A stretch of 64,000 nt of DNA from Leptogorgia sarmentosa. Its lineage: Eukaryota. The DNA lies in the NCBI GenBank assembly GCA_964658305.1, contig OZ210884.1:3348001-3412000 (forward strand). Reading direction: 5' to 3'. This document shows positions 25,801 through 37,800 of the stretch, in pieces. The translations under genes were made by a program, and so were the position numbers. Each line of letters begins with the position of its first letter. Position 1 is the stretch's first letter. Under the pieces are notes generated by a model. The model was not told where the DNA came from, did no database searches, and was given only the letters and a program-made list of their open reading frames with translations.

Positions 25801-28800
25801 TGCCTTCGGTTTTCAACGCACAGACCTCGCTCCTTCGTCGCTCGGTCTGTACGAAAACCCTCAGGCAATACTTTCCCGTACAGACAGAGCAAATGAGGTT
25901 AATAAGTCCTTAATATTGCCCTGAAAATCTCCGTCTTCAAATATTCCTCTTCTGTATAGAGGCCTAGCTATTTGGGGTAAAAAATAAAGTCCTAGTTTCA
26001 TTAATTTGAAAATACCCCGCCGAGAATTTAGTAGTTTTGTTTTCAACGCGCGATTAAAGGTGAAAGCAATGAAAATTATTTCCCGTACCAATGCAGTGTG
26101 TTCCATTCCCTGCAAATCCTTCGTTACATGTGCAATTGAAAGAACCAGCAGTATTTGTACACGTGGAGTTGGCGTGGCAGTCGTGATGTGTTCCTGATGT
26201 GTTCGTACATGTTGCATTTCCATCACATGGCATAACGCTTTGGCACTCATCGATATCTGAAATATTACATGTACATGTAATGAACATTTCAGTTTTCTCA
26301 AAATTAGTCATGATTTTAATGCAGGTGATCTAACATGCTATTTCGGCGAATGTCATGGGAATACGGTCTGCGTTTTTAAGGGAGGGGGTGGGGGGGGGGG
26401 GGGGAGGGCAACGATTTGAAAATACTAACTTCACTAATTAATCTTTTGTACGCCCCCAGAGGTGAACAAGTAAAGGATTGTTGATATTACTTTTCTCTTC
26501 AAATTTTGCCCGCGTGATGCTCAAAATTTTCGCTTTTGATTTTTTTTCATTTCGGCTGTTGCACCATTTGCCACCCTCCACCCTTTCGCCTCATATGCCT
26601 ATGGGTTATGTGGAATAATCCGATAATCTAATGTAGAAACTGGTAACTTCACAAATTCGAGTAATGCGAATATTATAAGCGAAAGGACAAGGAATTCTCA
26701 TTTCCAAACATAAAACCGTACTCCTTCTTGGTATTAATTAGGAAATCCATCCTGTTGGTTTTTACTTGGTCACGTGTTGATTTTCCTCGAGCCCCACCCT
26801 AATTCCGACGAAGGGTTTTTGCTCGAACATATTCTCCAAAATTTACGCACTTTGGTGATGATTGGATGGTCATGGTCTTACCTTTGATAGTTACTGCTGT
26901 CAACCTGTTTCCACTTAGTTCATATTGTCCAAGGGAAACTCCAGTAGAGTTAGCTGTAAGTTCAGACTGTAGGACAGACTGTACAGATGATTCAGTTTCA
27001 TTGGTTGCAGCTTCATCAAGTGATACCAAGAACGAGACAATGACCGATCCATCCCTGTCATCGAGAACACAACAATATCAACCAATATTATTTAATTTGC
27101 CAACGTTTCAATTGTTACGAATATTATAAGTTTTCTTATAACTTCTCAGGACATGGAGTGAGGGAGAATTAAAAGCAAAAATCAGTTCCCTTGAAAAAAT
27201 TTCAAAGATAATGCACCTTTAAGAAAAACGATATATTTTTTAAAAGCATACATGTTTCGACACCTTCAGGATTGCATGCATCTTCAGTGCAAAGTGAACA
27301 ATATGTGGTAATATGATACAATAATATAATTCATATGTATCATATTACCACATATTATTCACTTTGCACTGAAGATGGCATCCTGAAGGTATCGAAACAT
27401 GTATGCTTTTAAAAAATATATCGTTTATCTTAAATGTGTATACGTTTTCTTACTAGTTTTTACGACAGCTGAGTACTAAAATCAATTGCGTGCTGAGCAC
27501 GGAAAGTTACACTACATTTGCTGTCGATGATAATAAGTTGGGTTTTTATAATAAGGGATCATGCATCGTTTCAATCATAACAGAACTAAACACTATGGTC
27601 TATATATGAGACAAGCTAGCTTGCATGGACATAAAATGAAGTAATTACACCATGTTTGTATTACACTAATAATTGAGTTCATGTGCTCGTGAACGAACGC
27701 CATCCCCGCGGCAAAAAGCCGTAGCGAGACCCATAATCGGGATGGTGTGGGTATTATATGGTCGTTTTCACATACTCTAAATGAAGCGATTTATAAAACC
27801 AGTAATGAAGAACAGGAATATAATATATCATCGAACATGCTACGCCTCAGCCTAAGGCTTATATTATATTCCCTAAAAGTACCTGTAGCCGGACACTTGA
27901 CATCCTCTGTATCGATTTGAAAGTCGACTGCGTCCAAAATATAAGTTAATCTACAACGAAACAAAAAAAATGTTTCATAATAATGGTAGTAGCTGGGTCC
28001 ACTCTTTTCGCGCCAACGATGTGCAAAAGTGGATGAATGAGTAAATACTTCGAGTTCAACAAGGCAATCGTGAATATTCGTCATTATTTATCATATAGTC
28101 AAATTTTCCCTTTTTAGTGCAAAGTTTCAAAGAAACTTTGCAGTATTGTGATGAGTGGGGAAAATTCACATCAGTCATCGAGTAATCGAGTCATCGAGTA
28201 ATCGAGTCATCGAGTCATTCAGTCATAGTGTAAACTCCGGGGGGAGTGTCCCAATTTCTCTTGATGTACGAAACTCCGTAGTGTACCGATGTCCTTTCAA
28301 TTTTTAAGCAAAAATTATCCAATTGTAACGTTATACTATTGTTCATCATTGTTTGCAGCTATTTGTATGGATAAGAAATTTAACTGGGGAAGTAATGTAA
28401 TCTAAAATGCCTCGAGTTATAGTACACAATGCCGCAAAGCCCCTCCGGAATTTGGATTTTTGCGAAAATTGCAAGCTCAGCACGTGTTCGTGGGATGAAA
28501 TATTTGTGTAATACAATATGGCGGACGCTAAGGAGTGCGACATTGAATCAGTAATGTGGCCAAGTTTCAACAATGTTTGAGCATGTTGCCAAAGCGGTTA
28601 AAATGTTATTTGAATATCTGCGATGAATCTAGAAAACAAGTATGGGTTGTCATGAACAAAAATAGCCATAGCCCATACTATCAACTGCTGCCGTGGATAT
28701 TGTAAATCTGCATACATTTTTAGTTTGCCGTATTTGCCTTGAGGGTACACTTGATGCAGTAACACAGTAAACTCGTCGCAACAAGAAAACCATAATTTTA

Positions 28801-31800
28801 AATCTTATTTAGTTCATACGATTGATATATAATGGTCGATATATTCGCTTCACGCATTTATTTGAACGTGTTTGTTCCATTTGTTCTCGCCATAGTCCCA
28901 GCCTAGCTGTTATGGAAATATTCGCATTCATGTACTCCGAATGTAAAAGAATAATTTACTACAATCAAATTCAGCCAGTTGCTCGCTTTTGCCTTGTAAT
29001 ATATTTTAGTCGACTGAATAGACGACATGATTCATGATCATACTGATAGAAAATAGTCAACAGGACAACAGCTTCAGTAAGCTTGGGTTGCTTGTCTAGA
29101 TTGTTTACATGATAACTATATATGTAGGCGAAGAAAAGTAAATTTAACGTTGGCCTAAAATTGTGATAGACTGAATTTCTATTACTACGCAGAGGTAACC
29201 TACAGGTTATACATTTGTTGAGTACTGTATAATCGCCCGTTCATTGTTACACTCCGTTTCATTATTATACCGTGAGGGTCAGAGGTCAGAGATTCGACAA
29301 AATAATGTGGAGCACGCGAAATTTGAACGTGCGGATTTCCTTTTTTGGCTATAAAATCTTTTAAATTATTTTATTATACTACATCAAGCTTTTCTTTGAG
29401 CTGATGTTACATGGAATGATTTTAACGGCAATTCGGATCACAACAGGGCCGAACAGGCCGCCAAGCGACATTAGCTTTAGCTCGATATCTTCGTAGAAAC
29501 TTTGCACTATCCTTGGATTCCTAGTCTTGTTTTACATTGGTCAAGATCATATCATGCGAGATTAGTGAAATTAAGCGAAATGAGAAGCGCGGAATTTTTT
29601 TGTGAGTCTCGGAGTAGATTTGCTTTCATATTTCCCAAAAATCTAATCTGGCGGAAAGGCTCTCAAGCAAAACAAAGGGGAAAAATAATGCTCGCAGATA
29701 AGGACGCCATATCAACCCAAAATGTGGCAAAGCAGGGGATAAAAGTACCACCACAGTACTGCGCTAAATATAATATTTCATGTATCTTCGTCTACCTGTT
29801 CCGTTTTTTTTTGTCGACTCTTATGCATAATAAAATGCTTATTGGCTCACTGGACCCTCGGTTTTGCCCAGGGAAACATCAACGGTTACAGATGAATGTG
29901 AAATGTCTCATGTCTGCTATTTTTGAATTTATTTCTCTTTTCAACCATATACATCGTTTACCTGAGCAGACAATCATGTACAACTATAAACTTACCGATC
30001 TTTCGATTAATGAAGTAAGCCGTTGCCAATCAAGTGTAGTGGGATTTAGGAGATTACTATTAAAAACGATATTGGTGATAATAAAGGTTCCACTGAACGT
30101 TCTGGCGTCTAGGAATAAACATAACTTATTACTGTCATCGACCTCAAACCATAACATTAATTAACTTATTAGTTATTTAGACATTAGTTTTCGAAGGCTG
30201 CTTCCGTAAATCAGTTTACAAACAAATGAAATAATTTTGAAAATCCTGTACTTATTTTGTGAGAAACACGTGTTTCGTTTGATAATGATGATTGTAAGCT
30301 TAACATTGTACAAAAAATTAAGTATCCGGACTAGTGTATTATACTGTATGTAGCTATATATAAGGACTGGCATATCACCAAAACACAAGACGAGCAAGCT
30401 AACGTTGGCTAATGTCACCACGTTCAACGTGAAAACAAATTGCATTAACCATTATAGCTAAATTCCGCGAACAAAGGTCATTTCATTTCAGAAACATTTG
30501 AAAACAAATCGCACTTTGACTTGTTAAAACCATTTTCAAGTTTTTCCAACGTTTTTTCGGCTATTAGACAATTTAACTGAGGTCGAATATGCATGATTTT
30601 ATTTCTTTATGCTGCCGCATTCTGGGAAGGAAAATATTCGAGATGAATTAGAATAAAACAAAATATTGTAAAATATTCTAGTACGAGGTTTTTCTCCGAG
30701 AAAAATGAGTATCAACTGCATAGACGAATTCTCTGATTGATTGACCACAACCATAAAAAATTTAAGTTTATAATCAACTTTAAACTCATGATACCATTCC
30801 CATGCACCTGTATGAATTACCGATCTACTTACTTATGCATTCACCATTTCTTAAAATTTGTCTCGGACTAATACAGTAACAACGTCTTCCCCCAATTTTG
30901 TCGACGCACCGTTGAGCACGGCCACAAGGAGACACATCACACGCATTAAGATCAACTACTAGATAAATTACATCATTGAGAGACGTGATTAAATGTTTGT
31001 TTTACTAGCTTTGCTTCTGCAATCTTTGCAAAGAAAAGACAAATCTGATTTCTTCGAGGTATTCAATGATCATACAAAAATGAGGCTGAAATGTCTTTTT
31101 CGGTTAATATATTATATTAACTGACAGTTAGCTACTGTGTATTTTTGATTCGGTATCTAACTGTACTCATATTAAAATGAACTTCATAAAGAGTAGACCC
31201 GTACCACTGAAAAAATATTGATAACGATATACATAACATGGAAATAACTTGGGCGAATGGGAAACGAGGGCCAGGAATTTCCTATTGAAATCTACTTAAT
31301 TATTCCAATTACTTCCAATGCTGTTTTCCTAAAAAACCTACCAACATTAGCAGTCGGAGTTGGCTGACCATCTCTTGATAGAACATATTTATCCCTCAGT
31401 TTCAACTTTCTGACACCATCTTCTGTTATAGATACCAATCCTGCACGGAATTGTCTTCCAATGAAATCATCCCCAACTTCATTTTGTGTTAGCGCTTGTG
31501 AAAAGTAGATATTCAGTGAAACTGCTGTTGCCGAATTCGTTCCAGTTCCGTCGCTGAAAATACCGATTGAAAAATAAAAATCAACAATGTAATTAATACT
31601 GAGCGAAAAATTGATAAACTTAACTTAATAAAAAACTTAATAACGTAACTCTCTAGATTAAAACATGTTTACTGGTTCTTGTACAAACACATTAACTCCT
31701 TTCACAAAAATTTTCAATGCTATATGAAGTAGCCCAAGCAGTAAATCATTCGCCAGCTTCGCCAGTAAATTCAACAAAGAAATTTGAGTAGTAAAAGATC

Positions 31801-34800
31801 CATTTAAAAAAACTTATTAACAAATGCCAATAATTTACCGAATAATGTTTTGTACAAAAAAATCTTTATAAACTAATTATTTTGTTGCATTACCTAAAGT
31901 TAATCAGACGTGAACCCAGGTATAGTCCTGATAATGACGTTTGCATGAATTGTTCATTAGTCTAAAAAAGACATAATATGAAATTATTATTTTATTTAAT
32001 TTTCAATTAACGCCCATTGCATTAGCTGTAACAGTCCTTCTCAGATGTTTCTATTCAATTGAAAGAAATTTTGAGTCCGGCCAAAATAGCTACTGTCGTC
32101 ATAACAAAATGCATTCCTGCATGGGTAAAATGTCTTCCACTTTTCATTAAATTTGCCGTACAATAGAATAGGTGAAAACTATAGTTGCGTTATAGATTAG
32201 TGTGTTACTCAAAAACTTTAAAAATCAAAAAAGCAACGACCGTAGCTTCATCAAATGCGCAATCCTTTTTGCCAATATGTAATACGTTTTTTAATATTAT
32301 ACTAATCAAGTCTTTCTCCCACAATCACATTGAGGCGAAAATGACTAAAACATGGTCGGCTAATGAGGAGAACATTTTTGCTCAATTCATGGGGCAAAAT
32401 TACTTGGCCCTGATTGGCTATACGAATGTTTTGCGTTCATTTCACATCGGAACTTAATGGCTCCCTCGAAGTATTTTTCGTGTGTGAAATCGACAAATTG
32501 AATTAGTTTCAAGCATTTTAGTCAATATTGAAGCAAATTTATTGAATAATTAAACTTGTCGTTTATATAATTTGTATATCGTTTATTTCATTTTTCAGCG
32601 ATTTGTGTTTGAATAGCTAAATCTTCTCTTCGATGTGATTAACAAGTAATGGCATAGGGTCGTCGTAAAATTAAAGTTAAATTTCACTGGTGTTTTCAAA
32701 GTTTCGAAATCGGACCTCGTCGCTTGGGGCCTTGGGCAATTTGAGAAACTTCGAAAAGACGCTTTAAATTAATCATTAATATTACTGGGCCCTGCGATTA
32801 TCTCTACTATAATTAATAACTTACAGCGGTCTCCACATACATTCGTGAATAAAGGAATAATTTAGACAATTCATCACCCAGGTCGCTGTGATAATCAAGA
32901 CCTTCCAGTATAGTAAAACTCAGTTGGAAAACAAACGCATCTAAGACAAAAAACAACATTAGATATAGATTTCGTTGCGATTACTTGCACTGCGATAAAG
33001 CATATTTCCTGCGATTTCTGGAACGATTTTCTCCTTTTCATGTATGTGAAAGAGTAAAACTAGTGTCGAATGTTCAGGCGAGGAAGAGCGCACCCAGCCG
33101 GTACATTCGTTATCAATCCAGTCTTCTCGCATCTTTTCAAAACGAGAAAATCGCAGAAAAAATCGCTCGTATCAACGGGCTATAATACACCCTTTTCGGA
33201 AAGCATAAGTTACAATGCTTTACTTGGGAGGGAAGCTTAGTCGCTAAGACTGATCAAAAATTGCTATTTTGGAAGGAACAGAAATTTAAAGCGACTTTGG
33301 TGAAGAGTTTAAAATTTGTTATAATATATATATATGGGGTGTTGCTACCCGAAGCAATAGGTAATTGGTGCAGTACTTAGCTATAAGATTTGGTGATTCG
33401 GCCTCGTTTTTTACTTATGCTTTTCAAAGCGATGAATTCAGTATATATAAAAGTCCCATTATATATGCCATAATCCAGAAAAGACCCACTTCGAAAACAT
33501 TAAAGTAAGTATAGGATGAGCATACCTTCACAAATACTAGCATTGTTAGGCCATTGACCAAACGGACAGTCACAGTCATGACTTCCATATAGATTTCTGC
33601 ATGCCCTTCCGCTTTCGCAAGAGGATTCAATGGCACATTCATTTATATCTAAAATGTAATCATCGTCTTAGATTCCTAATTTTCTCATTTTGCATAAGGT
33701 ACTGTCAGGGCCGTCGCTAGAACGTTAATTGGGGGGGTGCATATTCATATTTTGGCGTTATGCCGACTGATTTCTTTTGAAATCAGTTGTTTATGAATTA
33801 ATTTCTAAAGAAATCAGTCGGCAGAACGCCAAAATATGAATATGCACCCCCCCAATTAACGTTCTAGCGACGGCCCTGGGTACTGTACATCATGAATATG
33901 ACTTCAGCTAACACTACCAATCACGAATTTCGAAAGTAATTAATGTGTTCAAATTTATCAAGTAATACCGGAAAATTGATCATGGACACAGGGCGTCAGC
34001 AAGTGGGGAACTTGGAGAGGTAGGGGGGGGGGGGGGGGAGGGGGGTACGATTCCCTCAGAACAGCGAGGGGGGAGTGGGAAAGAGCGAAGGCGCGGGGGG
34101 GGGCTTCGTTGTTTATACACTGCAGATTAGGAAATAAATTATGTAAATGTTAAGATCATTTCAGACAAAAAGGCAAAGCTTCAAGCGACAATCATTAATG
34201 GATCATCAATTTTATGTAAGTATGCGGCTTTGATTTAATAAGGAATTCGTCAGCTTTACGGTCGACTTTTAATTTGAATGTTCTAGCATTAAGCTAAACG
34301 CACAAAAAATGTATGAATGACTGAATAATTGTATGTAAAAACAGCAATAGCCTACTCAACATGTAAGATCTATGGGCACCGAGAGAGTGAAAACTCATTT
34401 TTATAAGGAATCAATAGGAAATCAGTGGAAATTTGCTTGAAACTCTACGTCTTTTGTCATTCATACATAATATACATGTTCATCAAAAAGACGAATTCGA
34501 AATGATGTAATGTAAACACTACAACTATTAAGTTTCGCAAACATAAATCTCTGGCTAATGTGAATACGGAAGGTATCATATTTTTAGTCACTCTGTATAA
34601 GTAAGAAAAATTTGAATAAAAATGTAAGTGCTTACCGGTACACGACGGGAATTCAAATCCGGGCTTACACCTATATTCACATCTTCCTATTTGGTCGAGA
34701 CAAACTGCTGCATTTTCTGGACAACCGTTTGGTGAGCTGCACTCATTGATATCTGAAACGTGAAAAATAGATGAAGTCAAAATAGGTATCTCAAAATTTT

Positions 34801-37800
34801 CTAACTACATTGCGCCCTGTCGAGGCAAGAAAAATGAATCACAATGCAAAATGCCGCTGATTTTCATCTGCGGACGCCACAATTTCGCACATCTTCCTTT
34901 TGAGGCTATTGTTCACCGGCCCAACAGATTGTGAGATTACAGATTTGTTCTGCACAGTTATTTTGAATCGTCGCATAGACACAGGCAGTAGCGTCAAAGC
35001 ATGTGGCTACCTACTAATAGTTTTTGTTTCGAAATAAAACTGGGTAAACAGCTGAATGAGGGAATCACTCGAAATATTGAAAAGTATAAAGAATACGCAG
35101 CCTTTATAAATTAGTTTATTGTCGTGGCAACTATATACACTTCAACATGTACGTACATTCAATCTTCCAGCAGTTTGAAAAATAAGTCAGTCTAATTGAT
35201 TGAATTCAGATTGACAAATACTATTTCAATTTGCGATTCGATTGAAAGATTTTCAGTCGATAAAGACAACTGAGCATCGTTTCAATCTTAGCTAATTTGT
35301 AAAGATTTACAATTAATTCTAAGCCAATGATTGATTTTTTGATTGATTTTTCTTTCAATGCCGCATGTGATTGATTTTCAATCGAAAGTGTTTGGTTCGT
35401 AAGAACAATCCTAAAGAGATTGTTTTTACGGATATCGATAAATAGATTGAATTTTCAATCGTTTAAATTTTGAGAGAAAAAACGGCGATTAAACAATCTT
35501 CCTTACCGTAACAGTTCATGCCATCTCCAGTGAAACCATAATCACACGCACAGGTATAAGAACCTGGCGTATTAGTACATGTTGCATTGCCATGGCAAGT
35601 ATCACTACCACTGTCACATTCTTTAATATCTAAATATTACATGTATAATCATATAGAGGGCAAAATTACTTGAACCTGATTGGCTAAATTTTCAGAATGT
35701 TTAAATTGTGTTCATTTCATGTCGGACACATTTCAGTATTTGTCGCGTGTTAAATCGACAAATTGAGTTAGTTTCAAGCAATTTGGTGAAAATTTAAACA
35801 CTTTTTTTGAATATATAAACCTGTCGTTCAGTATATAATTTGTATATCGTTTATTTCATTTCCTAACGTTTTCAAGCCACATTAATAACTATATAAGTGC
35901 CGCCCGAAGTGCCGAATCTAAAATTCTAGCGATTTATGTTTGAATAGATCTTATCTTCTATATGATTAACATGTAATCGCATTGGGTCCTGGTAAAATTA
36001 AGGATTAATTTCACTTGTGTTTTCAAAGTTTCGAAACTTCGAAAACACGCGTGAAATTAATCCTTAATTTTACTTGCCCCCATGTGATTACCTATACTAA
36101 TTTGGTAATAACCAATTTCGAAATTATATATTTTTGGCTGACCCGTTAAACAAATACCTCAACAGGTATTACCCGATATTTCTCAATTGAGAACATGGGT
36201 AATGCCCACGCCAGACCAACGTCCAAGTAGCCTGGCCTGGTAAAATATGAATAGTGTTTGGCCGGTTCTATAATCATATGCATTTAGCGAGTCTAGGCTG
36301 GTCAGCAGCGAGCTGGAATTAACTCATGTGATATCACTGCAGAGCTTAAGTGAAATTACGTTATTGAGAACGGACTTTTTCTGTGGGGGGTGATGGGATA
36401 TACATTGGATCTGACAGAAGACAAACAAGAAATATCGATATAAATAAATTTCAATACAAACAAAATTGGAGCCAGACAGTGGTAACTTCGTTTTTCAAAA
36501 AACATTTAAAAGCTAGGTTGGTGGTAATCTACTCAGATATAAAAGTGTTCAAGATGCTAAGACAGTTTTAATCGACCCTGAAGTGGAAATTGACTACTTT
36601 ACATTTGCAAACCAGTCTTAACGAACTTAATACCCATTCGTACACACGACTTCAATTTATATTACTAAGAATGCGTTTCGCATAGAAAAAAAAGGCACGT
36701 ACCTTCGCAAGCTGTGCCATTTCCTGAATACCCTTCTTTACAATTGCAGATATAAGAACCCTCTGTATTTGTGCAATTTGCCTGGGCGTGGCAATCATTC
36801 GTTGTAGAAGAATTGCATTCATCAACATCTAAAGACAAACAAATAAAACATAAGTGTACTTAATTATAAAAATTTTTGTACGGTATTCGTTCTGGTATAG
36901 ATATTTTCTCTAATATAAATAATTTTTGCCGTCTGATTTATTCCCATTAAAATGTCAATTGGGCAAGTCATGACCACGTTTTTTCTAGAATATAATTATT
37001 ATAATTATAATATAATAATTATAATATAATAATTATAGAAAATTAATATGAACCATGCGTCAAAAATATCAGGATTGGACAATGTGCTGCCCAAATTGTT
37101 AACATTTGTATAAACAAAATTTAACAATGTCAATATAATTCAATAATGGTTTCGTCTATACATTGAAACAAGCTGATTATTCTTTGCCGGGTTATCTCTA
37201 CATATTTCACCGACCTTCGCAAACTGTACCAGGACCACTGAATCCTCCATTACAAGTACAGATATAGGATCCAAATGTCTCCGTACACGTTGCATTGTCA
37301 TGGCAATCATGCATGGGGTCAGACACGTCACATTCATTTACATCTAAATAATTTCAACAACTATAAATCAAATGGCAAGCATTACAACTGATAGAATGGA
37401 GGTTTGTGATTGGACGAGAAGCCTGTTTGCTACTTAAAAAAATGATGTTCCCAGTACGATTTAGTGGAATCACGTGGACATCACGCACCGTATATTTTTA
37501 GCAATGCTTGTCAAGCTCAATAATGGTTTTGAATCTTTCCATATGATACTGCTATTTTATTTTTACAGAGCATAGTAACTTGATAATGAGAAAGAGATCG
37601 ATCCACGAACTATTTAGGTATTATAGGGAACTATTATAGGGAACTATTTCTGGACGGCTATTTACACGCCGGAAATCGGAAAATCCAAGCTGATGGTCAA
37701 GAGTGGACAACACACTAACGAGAAAAGAACAGAATTATCGCAATCGAATATAGCAATTACAGATTATCCAAATCGTGCAATTAAATGACGACAGCAAACA

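Larger units (their letters stand above)
14216..26641. repeat. Intragenic tandem duplication, unit II (about 12.4 kb)
   Basis: Colinear with its neighbours; ORF-track entries recur at offsets of 12473 (to the left copy) and 12363 (to the right copy). Confidence 0.95.
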
